Source: Planctomycetota bacterium (GTDB lineage: Bacteria > Planctomycetota > B15-G4 > SIAN01). From it: DNA of 46,647 nucleotides. Positions 1-7,863 of this stretch are shown piece after piece. Both the position numbers and the translations under genes were made by a program. The DNA is taken from contig DASRRB010000037.1 in assembly GCA_035695985.1 (NCBI GenBank), positions 1 through 46,647 of the forward strand. Reading direction: 5' to 3'. The stretch's first letter is position 1. Every line of letters starts with the position of its first letter. The notes beneath the pieces are model-generated. The model searched no databases. It was not told the DNA's origin and saw nothing but the letters and a program-made list of their open reading frames with translations.

Positions 1-1
1 C

Positions 2-685
2 GCCAAGCGCTGGGTCGAGCCGCCGGCCGGCACGGTCGTGACGAGCGTCGAGTACGGCGACACCGCGACGATCTTCGAGAACACCTACCAGCAGATGATG
101 CAGGTCGTCCCGATGCTCACGTCGACCGGCGTCCTGAAGGACGTCCCGATCGACATCTCCCTGCTGCCCACCGCCGAGGCGATCGGACAGCACCTGTTCG
201 GGACCGTGAGCGTCTCCTACCGCGTCGGAGACCACGGCCACATGACGCAGAGCCGCGGCCCGTTCGGCCCCGAGGCGGGGATGGTGCTCGGCGGCGTCTT
301 CGCCGGCATCGGCGCGATGATCGCCTACAACAAGGAGCACGCGCTCGAGGCGGAGCACCGCACGGCCGGCAAGCGCGCCAAGGGCGGCGTGCCCGCGCCC
401 GTCGAGCCGAGCCAGAAGATCGACGCCGACTTCGCCGACCTCTCCGCGTCGATCACCGTCTACATCATCACGAACAACAAGCCCCCGGCCGAGCTCGCCG
501 ACCTCACCAAGCCGGCGACCGACTACCCGAAGGGCTACACGCAGGGACAGCCGCTCCCGGTCGATCCGTGGGGCCACGCCTACGCGTACAGCACGGACGG
601 CAAGGACGACTACAAGCTCTGGTCGATCGGCCCGAACGGCATCGACGAGAAGGGCGCCGGGGACGACATCAAGCAGTCGCGCTGA
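2..685 (+). CDS. Membrane-anchored protein with C-terminal T2SS GspG-like pseudopilin globular domain (5' end cut by window edge)
   Basis: Frame 2 is open from nt 2, with no stop before the GTG at 38, so the gene runs off the left edge. Third codon positions are G/C-rich. A hydrophobic helix GMVLGGVFAGIGAMIAY (about nt 278-328) is followed by ...ITVYIITNNKPPAELADL...PLPVDPWGHAYAYSTDGKDDYKLWSIGPNGIDEKGAGDDI. This resembles the conserved DPWGxxY...Y.L.S.G.DG..G..DDI block of GspG/PulG. Confidence 0.75.
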   Translation, partial: AKRWVEPPAGTVVTSVEYGDTATIFENTYQQMMQVVPMLTSTGVLKDVPIDISLLPTAEAIGQHLFGTVSVSYRVGDHGHMTQSRGPFGPEAGMVLGGVFAGIGAMIAYNKEHALEAEHRTAGKRAKGGVPAPVEPSQKIDADFADLSASITVYIITNNKPPAELADLTKPATDYPKGYTQGQPLPVDPWGHAYAYSTDGKDDYKLWSIGPNGIDEKGAGDDIKQSR

Positions 686-713
686 ACCGCGGTCCGCGAG
701 CAGAGATAGAGTC

Positions 714-741
714 GGGGCCGGCCCACGGGCCGGCCCCTTTT
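714..741 (+). terminator. Rho-independent terminator candidate
   Basis: GGGGCCGGCC (714-723), loop CACG, GGCCGGCCCC (728-737), then TTTT (738-741). It lies 29 nt after the stop at 685. Confidence 0.7.
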
Positions 742-784
742 CGTTGCGCGCCGCGCCGGCCGCGCGGCCGGAAGCGCGAGGACG

Positions 785-1021
785 ATGCGACTCTTCCGCC
801 GGCTCCTGGACACGAACGGCTGGTTCCGGGGCTCGACCCCGGCGCGGCTCCTCGCTCTGCTGACCACGGGCACGCTCGCGCAGCGCGTCACCGTCGTCGT
901 CGGGCTCGGCGTCCTCTTCTTCGCGATGTTCCAGGCGCTTCCGTGGTTCGCGCTCGCGCTGGTCGGCGTCGCGCTGTGCTGGATGGCGTGGCGCGACTTC
1001 TCGAGGTCGAACGAGAAGTGA
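785..1021 (+). CDS. Small membrane protein (78 aa, two predicted hydrophobic helices)
   Basis: ATG preceded by GAGGA. GC3 is very high in this frame. Hydrophobic stretches are VVVGLGVLFFAMF and FALALVGVALCWMAW. Its TGA overlaps the next GTG. Confidence 0.6.
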   Translation: MRLFRRLLDTNGWFRGSTPARLLALLTTGTLAQRVTVVVGLGVLFFAMFQALPWFALALVGVALCWMAWRDFSRSNEK

Positions 1022-1665
1022 AGCGCGTCCCCGGCTGGCTGCCGCCGGTCGCCGCGGGGGCGATCCGGACGCTCGCTGCGACGTGGCGCGTGCGGTCGCG
1101 CTTCGATCCTTCGGTCGATCCGCACCGGCGGGATCGCCCGTCGCGCTGCATCTACCTGCTCTGGCATCGCACCGTGCTGATCGCGGTGCCGCGCTACGCC
1201 GGACTCAACCTGTGCATCGGGACGTCGATGCACGGCGACGGCGAGCTCGCGGCGCGCATCTGCGACCGCTTCGGCTTCACGTCGGCCCGCGGCTCGAGCT
1301 CGCGGGGCGGCGCGCGGCTCGTGCGCGGGATGGTCGAGTTCTTCGAGAGCCAGTCGGGCGACCTCGCGCTCACCACCGACGGTCCGCGCGGGCCGCTGCG
1401 CAAGACGAAGCCGGGCGCGCTCTTCCTCGCGTCCCACCTCGGCATCCCGGTCGTGCCGGTCGGGATCGCGGCGCGGCCGTGCAAGGAGCTGCGCTCGTGG
1501 GACCGCTTCATGGTCCCGTGGCCGTTCGCGCGCGTCGGCGTCGTCGCCGCGTCGCCGCTGCCGATCGAACGCGACGTCTCGGAGGAGCGCCTCGCCGAGC
1601 TCTGCCTCGACGTCGACCGCCGCATGGAGGAGGTCGAGCGCGCGGCGGGGGAGCTGATCGCGTGA
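1018..1665 (+). CDS. DUF374 / lysophospholipid-acyltransferase-like protein
   Basis: GTG at 1018 overlaps the upstream stop (GTGA). The translation VKRVPGWLP...IYLLWHRTVL...HGDGELAARI...LTTDGPRGPLRKTKPGALFLASHLGIPVVPVG is typical of the DUF374 family. The upstream part of the 568..1665 ORF is Arg-rich junk. Confidence 0.8.
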   Translation: MKRVPGWLPPVAAGAIRTLAATWRVRSRFDPSVDPHRRDRPSRCIYLLWHRTVLIAVPRYAGLNLCIGTSMHGDGELAARICDRFGFTSARGSSSRGGARLVRGMVEFFESQSGDLALTTDGPRGPLRKTKPGALFLASHLGIPVVPVGIAARPCKELRSWDRFMVPWPFARVGVVAASPLPIERDVSEERLAELCLDVDRRMEEVERAAGELIA

Positions 1666-2555
1666 TTCCGCCGCGCCTCTTCGTCGGGCCGGCCGGCTTC
1701 TCCTACGACGACTGGGAGGGGATCGTCTACCCGAAGGGGAGCGGCCTCGACCGCCTCGAAGCGGTCGCGCGCCTCTTCGACCTGGTCGAGATCAACACGA
1801 CCTTCTACGGGCCGCTGCCGCCGCGCTCCGCCGAGCAGTGGCTCGAGCGCCTGCGCGACCGTCCGGGGTTCCGCTTCACCGCGAAGCTCACCCGGCGCTT
1901 CACCCACGACGACCCGAAGACGTGGACGCTCGCCGATCGCGACGACTTCCGCGCCGGCCTCGCGCCGTTGCGCGAGGCGGGCCGTCTCGGGCCGCTGCTC
2001 TGCCAGTTCCCGTTCTTCTTCGACGCGAGCGAGGCGAGCCTCGTCCGTCTCGCCCGCATCCGCAAGGCGTTCCCAGAACACGCGCTCGTCCTCGAGGTGC
2101 GCCATCGCTCCTGGATCGAGGAGGCGAACCTGCGCCGCGTGAGCGAGCTCGGCTTCTCCTTCTGCAACGTCGACCAGCCGCTCGCGCAGTCGTCGATCGA
2201 GCTCGGCGAGTGGGTGACCGGCCCGATCGGCTACCTGCGCCTGCACGGCCGCAACGCGGCGAAGTGGTTCGACCGGAACAGCGCCGTCCACGAGAAGTAC
2301 GATTGGCTCTACTCGGAGCCGGAGCTCGCGACGATCGTCGCGACGGCGGACCGGCTGCGCGCGCGCACCGAAGAGCTCTACGTGGTCGCGAACAACCACT
2401 TCGCCGGCAAGGGCCCCGCGAACGCGCTCGAGATCGCGCACGCGCTCGCCGGCGCGTGCGGCGAAGTGCCCGCGTCGCTGCTCGCCGCCTATCCGCGGCT
2501 CGCGCGCCTGCGCGGCGACGCCGCGAACCGCGTCGACAAGCGGACCGCTCCGTGA
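1662..2555 (+). CDS. DUF72 (UPF0759/YecE-like) family protein
   Basis: GTG at 1662 overlaps the upstream stop (GTGA). The N-terminus VIPPRLFVGPAGFSYDDWEGIVYP...VEINTTFYG and later YLRLHGRN...YDWLYS match the DUF72 pattern. Confidence 0.85.
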   Translation: MIPPRLFVGPAGFSYDDWEGIVYPKGSGLDRLEAVARLFDLVEINTTFYGPLPPRSAEQWLERLRDRPGFRFTAKLTRRFTHDDPKTWTLADRDDFRAGLAPLREAGRLGPLLCQFPFFFDASEASLVRLARIRKAFPEHALVLEVRHRSWIEEANLRRVSELGFSFCNVDQPLAQSSIELGEWVTGPIGYLRLHGRNAAKWFDRNSAVHEKYDWLYSEPELATIVATADRLRARTEELYVVANNHFAGKGPANALEIAHALAGACGEVPASLLAAYPRLARLRGDAANRVDKRTAP

Positions 2556-2686
2556 CGGAGGGCGCGCCGCCGGAGGAGGATCCCGCGGACGAGGCGCACG
2601 CGCGGCGCCTCTACTGGCGCGCGCTCGCGTGGGGGGTGCTCACCCTCGTCTTCCTGTGGTGGTGGAAGCACCACTGGCAGGTCTGA
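2552..2686 (+). CDS. Micro-membrane protein (44 aa) immediately upstream of the symporter
   Basis: GTG at 2552 overlaps the DUF72 stop (GTGA). GC3 is high. It has a single hydrophobic, Trp-rich helix ALAWGVLTLVFLWWW. It ends 3 nt before the symporter ATG. Confidence 0.5.
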   Translation: MTEGAPPEEDPADEAHARRLYWRALAWGVLTLVFLWWWKHHWQV

Positions 2687-2689
2687 GCG

Positions 2690-4510
2690 ATGCGCACCGT
2701 CGACCTCCTGATCGTCGCCGCCTTCCTGGTCTACATCGTGTGGGACGGCGTGCGGCGCGGCCGCGACTCGAAGGACGCCGAGGGCTACATGCTGGCCGGC
2801 CGGCGCATGCGCTGGTGGGCGATGGGCCTGTCGGTGATGGCGACGCAGGCGAGCGCGATCACGCTCGTCTCGACGACCGGCCAGGGCTTCGACCAGGGGA
2901 TGCGCTTCCTCCACTTCTACCTCGCGATCCCGTTCGCGATGGTCGTCCTGTGCGCGACGGTCGTCCCGTGGTTCCACAAGGCGCGTGTCTTCACCGCCTA
3001 CGAGTACCTCGAGCGCCGCTTCGACCGGCCGACGCGCCTGCTCGCGAGCGTCCTCTTCCTGGTCTCGCGCTCGCTCGCGGTCGGCACCGTGATGTACGCG
3101 CCGAGCATCGTGCTCTCGCGCGGTGTCGGCATCCCGCCGGCGACCACGATCCTCGTGATGGGGATCGCCTCGACCGTCTACACGGCGGTCGGCGGCAACA
3201 CCGCCGTGATCGTGACCGACGCCAAGCAGATGCTCGTGATGATGGCGGGGCTGGTCGCGTGCGTCGTCGTCGCGTGGACCTCGCTGCCCGACCACGTCGG
3301 GATCGGCGGCGCGCTCTCGATCGCCGGGGCGACGAACCGCCTCGACACGTTCCACTGGCCGACCAGCGTCGCCGACGCGCTCTCCGACAAGTTCAACCTG
3401 GTGTCGGGGCTGTTCGGCGGCTTCGTCCTCTTCCTCGGCTACTTCGGGGCCGACCAGGAACAGGTGCAGCGCTACCTCGCCGGTTCGTCGGTGAACCAGA
3501 GCCGGCAGAGCCTGCTCCTGTCGGCCTTCGCGAAGGTGCCGATGCAGTTCGTGATCCTGCTGCTCGGCGTGCTGCTCTACGTCCACTACCTCTTCGCGCC
3601 GGCGCCCGCGTTCTTCCGCGCCCCCGAGCTCGAGCGGGCCCTGAAGGAGCGGCCGGCGGCCGAGTCGGCGCCGCTGCGCGCCCAGTACGACGCCCTGCTC
3701 GAACGCTACGGCGCCGACGCGAAGAGCCGCGCCGCCGCGGCCGAGGACTTCCTCGCTGCCAGCCGGGATCTTCCCGTCGACGGCGCCGCATCGGACCGGG
3801 ACGACCGTCGCCGCTCCGCCGCCGTCGACGAGCTGCGCCGCCTCGACCAGGCCGTCCGGGACGACCGCAACGCAGGGATGGTGCTGCTCGCCGAGGCGGG
3901 GCTCTCCAAGCTCGACGAGCACGGTCAGCCCGAGAAGAACGAGCCCGACTACGTCTTCACCCACTTCCTCGTGACCGACCTCCCGGTCGGGATCGCCGGC
4001 CTCGTGCTCGCCGCCATCTTCGCGGCCGCGATCTCGAGCCTCGTCTCGCCGCTCAACTCGCTCGCGACCTCGGCGGTCATGGACCTGTGGCGGCCGTTCC
4101 GCGGCGACCGCCTGTCGCAGCGGGAGATCGTGACCGCCACGCGCTTCATGACGTTCGTGTGGGGCGGGCTCGCGACCGTCTCCGCCTTCTGGATGGGCGA
4201 CATCCCGATCATCGAGATGGTGAACCGCATCGGCTCGTTCTTCTACGGCAGCATGTTCGGGATCTTCGTGCTCGGCCGGATCGTCCCGCGCGCACGCGGC
4301 GCGGTCGGCTGGCTCTCGCTCGCGCTCGGCCTCTCGACCGTTCTCGGCGTCCACTGGCTCTACAACGTGACCGGCCGCATCCGTCCGGAAGCGTGGCCGA
4401 AGATCGAGTTCCTCTGGTACAACCCGATCGGCTTCCTCGCCGTGCTGCTGGTCGGCTTCGTCGCGTCGCGCTTCACGGCGCACGCTCCGTCCGCCGCGGA
4501 GGGCCGCTAG
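2690..4510 (+). CDS. Sodium:solute symporter family (SSF) transporter
   Basis: The N-terminal region ...YMLAGRRMRWWAMGLSVMATQASAITLVSTTGQGF...FTAYEYLERRF is typical of SSF. The protein is polytopic throughout. It is 606 aa with a hydrophilic insert in the middle. Confidence 0.9.
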   Translation: MRTVDLLIVAAFLVYIVWDGVRRGRDSKDAEGYMLAGRRMRWWAMGLSVMATQASAITLVSTTGQGFDQGMRFLHFYLAIPFAMVVLCATVVPWFHKARVFTAYEYLERRFDRPTRLLASVLFLVSRSLAVGTVMYAPSIVLSRGVGIPPATTILVMGIASTVYTAVGGNTAVIVTDAKQMLVMMAGLVACVVVAWTSLPDHVGIGGALSIAGATNRLDTFHWPTSVADALSDKFNLVSGLFGGFVLFLGYFGADQEQVQRYLAGSSVNQSRQSLLLSAFAKVPMQFVILLLGVLLYVHYLFAPAPAFFRAPELERALKERPAAESAPLRAQYDALLERYGADAKSRAAAAEDFLAASRDLPVDGAASDRDDRRRSAAVDELRRLDQAVRDDRNAGMVLLAEAGLSKLDEHGQPEKNEPDYVFTHFLVTDLPVGIAGLVLAAIFAAAISSLVSPLNSLATSAVMDLWRPFRGDRLSQREIVTATRFMTFVWGGLATVSAFWMGDIPIIEMVNRIGSFFYGSMFGIFVLGRIVPRARGAVGWLSLALGLSTVLGVHWLYNVTGRIRPEAWPKIEFLWYNPIGFLAVLLVGFVASRFTAHAPSAAEGR

Positions 4511-4546
4511 ACTTTCCCGACCGCCGTTCGCCCGACCGAGGAGCGA

Positions 4547-5467
4547 ATGAAGAAGAACCCGCTGCTCGACCGCGACGTGATCTCGATGCGCGACTTCGAT
4601 CGCGACGACATCGTGGCCATCCTCGAGCGCTGCCAGGAGTTCGAGCGCAACAAGAAGCGGCTCCTCGAGGGCAAGGTCCTCGCGAACCTCTTCTTCGAAC
4701 CCTCGACGCGCACCCGCCTCTCCTTCGACTCGGCGATGAAGCGGCTCGGCGGCACGACCATCGGCTTCGCCGACGCGGTCTCCACCTCGACCAGCAAGGG
4801 GGAGTCGCTCTGGGACACGATCCGGGTCGCCGAGGGCTACTGCGACGTGATCGTGCTGCGCCACCCCGCCGAGGGGTCGGCCCGGCTCGCCGCCGAAGCC
4901 ACGAAGCTCCCGGTCATCAACGGCGGCGACGGCAGCAACCAGCACCCGACGCAGACGCTGGTCGACCTCTACACCCTGAAGAAGCGCACCGGCCGCATCG
5001 ACGGGCTCAAGGTCGCGTTCGTCGGCGACCTCAAGTACGGGCGCACCGTCCACTCGCTGATCCGCATGCTCTCGATCTTCGGCGCGCGGCTCTGCCTGGT
5101 CGCGCCGCCGTCGCTGCAGCTCCCGATGGACCACCTCGAGGACCTGCTCGAGGACTCGACCGCGACGACCTCCGGCACCGACATCAACTGCGTACCCGAC
5201 GACGTCGACGTGATCTACCTCACGCGCATCCAGAAGGAGCGCTTCGCCGACGCGGTCGAGTACGAACGCGTGCGCAACGCCTACCAGGTCTCTCCGGCGA
5301 GCGTGGCGCGTTTCGGCCCGAAGGTCACGCTGATGCACCCGCTGCCGCGCGTGAACGAGGTCCACCCGGCGCTCGACGAGCATCCCGGCGCGGCGTGGTT
5401 CGACCAGGCCCGCAACGGCGTCGTGGTCCGGCAGACGCTGCTCGCGCTGGTCCTCGGGGCCGCATGA
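4547..5467 (+). CDS. pyrB: Aspartate carbamoyltransferase catalytic subunit
   Basis: RBS GAGGAG. Motifs present: FFEPSTRTRLSF, HPTQTLVDLYT, LMHPLPR. Confidence 0.95.
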   Translation: MKKNPLLDRDVISMRDFDRDDIVAILERCQEFERNKKRLLEGKVLANLFFEPSTRTRLSFDSAMKRLGGTTIGFADAVSTSTSKGESLWDTIRVAEGYCDVIVLRHPAEGSARLAAEATKLPVINGGDGSNQHPTQTLVDLYTLKKRTGRIDGLKVAFVGDLKYGRTVHSLIRMLSIFGARLCLVAPPSLQLPMDHLEDLLEDSTATTSGTDINCVPDDVDVIYLTRIQKERFADAVEYERVRNAYQVSPASVARFGPKVTLMHPLPRVNEVHPALDEHPGAAWFDQARNGVVVRQTLLALVLGAA

Positions 5468-5515
5468 AGCCGGCGCCCGCGGCCAGCATCCCTGGGAACG
5501 CGGAGATGGTGTGAA

Positions 5516-6025
5516 ATGAGGAAGGCCGCCGCGTCGATGAAGGCCGCAGAGCCGACCGGAGCCGCACCGGTGAAGAAGGACGTCAAGCTGCAGGTCAGCG
5601 CGCTGCGCTCGGGCACGGTGGTCGACCACCTCGGCCCGCGCACCGCCTTCAAGGCGATCCGCATCCTCGGGCTCGGCGAGGACGCGACGATCCTGGTCGG
5701 CGTGAACCTCGACAGCGGCAAGCTCGGCAAGAAGGACCTGCTCAAGATCGAGGGGCGCGAGCTCACGCCCGAGCAGATCAACAAGATCGCGCTGCTCTCG
5801 CCGGCCGCGACGTTCAGCATCATCCGCGACTTCGAGGTGGTGAAGAAATTCCGACCGGAGCTGCCGGCCGTCGTCGAAGGCCTGCTGCGCTGCGTGAACC
5901 CGGCTTGCGTCACCCAGGACCCGCGCGTCAAGAGCCGCTTCCTCGCCGTCCGAAAGGAGCCGCTGAAGCTGCGCTGCTTCTTCTGCGAGCGCTCGCTGCG
6001 CGAAGACGAGATCGAATTCCTCTGA
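5516..6025 (+). CDS. pyrI: Aspartate carbamoyltransferase regulatory subunit
   Basis: LQVSALRSGTVVDH..., plus the C-terminal zinc domain with four Cys (CVNPAC...CFFC). It directly follows pyrB. The exact start is uncertain (ATG 5516 or 5537). Confidence 0.9.
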   Translation: MRKAAASMKAAEPTGAAPVKKDVKLQVSALRSGTVVDHLGPRTAFKAIRILGLGEDATILVGVNLDSGKLGKKDLLKIEGRELTPEQINKIALLSPAATFSIIRDFEVVKKFRPELPAVVEGLLRCVNPACVTQDPRVKSRFLAVRKEPLKLRCFFCERSLREDEIEFL

Positions 6026-7665
6026 TGCCCCTCCTCGAAAAGCACCTGCGCGTCGCCGTCGACGGCTACGACCTGGCGGCGGAGCGCGAGCGGTACCGGT
6101 TCGACGACGTCACGGTGGGCGGCCTCTCGCTCAACCGCGGGCGCGCGCTGATCGAGGTCGGCGGCGACATGAACGCCGCGCGCCTCGAGGAGGTCAAGCG
6201 CCGCCACGCCGACGCGATCTTCCCCAACACCGTCACCCCCGAGTCGCCGGTGATCGAGCTCGGCTACCCGCAGGCGGGCCACTACGTCCGCTGCGACGCC
6301 GGCACCTACTTCGACGCCTACCTCGGCGTCGCGCAGAAGCTCTTCGACGAGAACCACCCCAACTACCAGCGCATGGTCGCCGCGCTCGTCAAGCAGGGCC
6401 TCCTGCTGCGCCGCGAGATCAACACCGACGACTTCTTCGTCGCGCGCCGCGGCGCCGACGGGGTGCGCACGCCGCAGGAGCTCGCGGCGCTCGTGAACGG
6501 CGAGGCGGCGCGCGCCTTCGCGAAGGGCGGCGCGAAGGACGGCGGCTGGAAGACCTTCTTCAGCAACAGCGGCACGGAGGCGATCGAGGCGGGTCTCAAG
6601 ATCTCGTGCCGCGTCGCGCACGCGCGCCTGCTCGAGCGGCACGGCGCCGACGTCGAGGCCGAGCTGATGCGCCAGCTCGGGATCCCGCGCGTGACGTTCT
6701 TCGAGAAGCGCGACCCGCAGGCGCTCTTCGAGGACTACCCGTTCTTCTTCGTCGCGTGCGAGATGGCGTTCCACGGCCGCACGCTCGGCGCGCTCAACCT
6801 CACTTTCAGCAAGGCGGTGCACAAGCGCGGCTTCCCGAACTGGCGCCGCACGCGGCACGTCCCCTTCAACGGGAAGGTCGCCGACCTCGAGGCGCTGCTC
6901 GATCCGCGGCCGCTGCCGGAGATCCTGAAGGCCGACGGCGGCGTCGCGAAGGTGCTGGCCGACGGGAGGATCCCGCGCGAGCTCGTCGCCTGCTTCGTGA
7001 CCGAGGCGTTCCAGGGCGAGGGCGGCTACCGGCTCGCCGACGCGGCGTGGCTGCGCGGCGTGGCCGAACTGCTCGCGCGCAACGGCATCCTCCTCCTGGC
7101 CGACGAGATCCAGAGCTTCGGCCGCACCGGCAGGCCGTTCCTCTGCGAGCACCTCGGCGTCAGCCCCGACATCGTCTGCCTCGCGAAGGCGGCGATCGTC
7201 GGGATGACGATTGCACGGGCTGAATTCGCCAGCGTGCTGCCGACCGGCTGGCACGCCAACACGTGGGGCGGCGGGAAGATCTTCGACAATCACTACGCGT
7301 GGACCACGCTGGACACCTACCTCCATCACAAGGACCCGGTCTTCCTCGGCCACACCTACGTCGAGAACCAGCGCATCAAGGGCGAGTACGTCCGCTCCAA
7401 CTTCGCGTGGCTCAAGGAGCAGCACCCGGACCTCCTGCTCGACTTCGGCGGGCTGGGCGGGATGTGGGGCGTGACGGTCAAGCGGCGCGAGGCGCTGACG
7501 GCGCTCGCGTGGCGGCGCGGTCTCAAGCTGCTCGGCTGCGGGCCGTCGGGCGAGGAGTCGCGCCTGCGGATCCTCTTCCTCGCCGACGTCCTGACGCGCG
7601 AGGTCGACCACTTCTTCGAGGCGTTCCACCGCGTCCTCGGCGAGCTCGACAGCGGCGCCGCCTGA
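6025..7665 (+). CDS. Class-III (omega) aminotransferase family protein, unusually long (546 aa)
   Basis: ATG 6025 overlaps the pyrI TGA by 1 nt (TGATG). Motifs present: FFSNSGTEAIEAGLK, FHGRTLGAL, LLADEIQSFGRTG, DIVCLAKAA (PLP lysine). Confidence 0.85.
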   Translation: MPLLEKHLRVAVDGYDLAAERERYRFDDVTVGGLSLNRGRALIEVGGDMNAARLEEVKRRHADAIFPNTVTPESPVIELGYPQAGHYVRCDAGTYFDAYLGVAQKLFDENHPNYQRMVAALVKQGLLLRREINTDDFFVARRGADGVRTPQELAALVNGEAARAFAKGGAKDGGWKTFFSNSGTEAIEAGLKISCRVAHARLLERHGADVEAELMRQLGIPRVTFFEKRDPQALFEDYPFFFVACEMAFHGRTLGALNLTFSKAVHKRGFPNWRRTRHVPFNGKVADLEALLDPRPLPEILKADGGVAKVLADGRIPRELVACFVTEAFQGEGGYRLADAAWLRGVAELLARNGILLLADEIQSFGRTGRPFLCEHLGVSPDIVCLAKAAIVGMTIARAEFASVLPTGWHANTWGGGKIFDNHYAWTTLDTYLHHKDPVFLGHTYVENQRIKGEYVRSNFAWLKEQHPDLLLDFGGLGGMWGVTVKRREALTALAWRRGLKLLGCGPSGEESRLRILFLADVLTREVDHFFEAFHRVLGELDSGAA

Positions 7666-7863
7666 ACGCCCATCCCGGACCGCGCCGCGGCCGATGCCAC
7701 GCCGCGGGCGGCGATGTTGATGATCCGTTGATTGCCGCGGCGCCGTCCCGTCGGCGCGTCGCGCGCAGGCCGGCGGGCTCGGAGCGACGGCTATATTGGT
7801 CCCCCCGTCGCAGCGAACGCGAGGGTCCCGCGTTCCGCGCTCCGGGTCACGAAAGGTGGTCGC

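Noticed and set aside
568-1017. N-terminal extensions of track ORFs. Examples are 568..1665, 1083..2555, 5905..7665, 7732..9330, 14131..17256, 36581..39616, 39635..43069 and 44896..46575.
   Set aside because: The upstream parts are Arg-rich and lack native third-position bias. The family-typical N-termini, signal peptides or SD sequences appear at the internal starts that I used.
4508-4549. Possible stop-codon readthrough or recoding. The symporter and pyrB are in the same frame, separated only by a TAG and an open spacer. The same holds for the two GH38 genes at 32502-32543.
   Set aside because: Each downstream gene has its own start with an RBS or signal peptide, and both products are complete family members. 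Sharing a frame is a 1-in-3 coincidence.
7666-7863. Purine or ZTP riboswitch upstream of purF.
   Set aside because: I could not find the conserved cores of either class as I remember them. This is left as a low-interest leader pending an Rfam scan.
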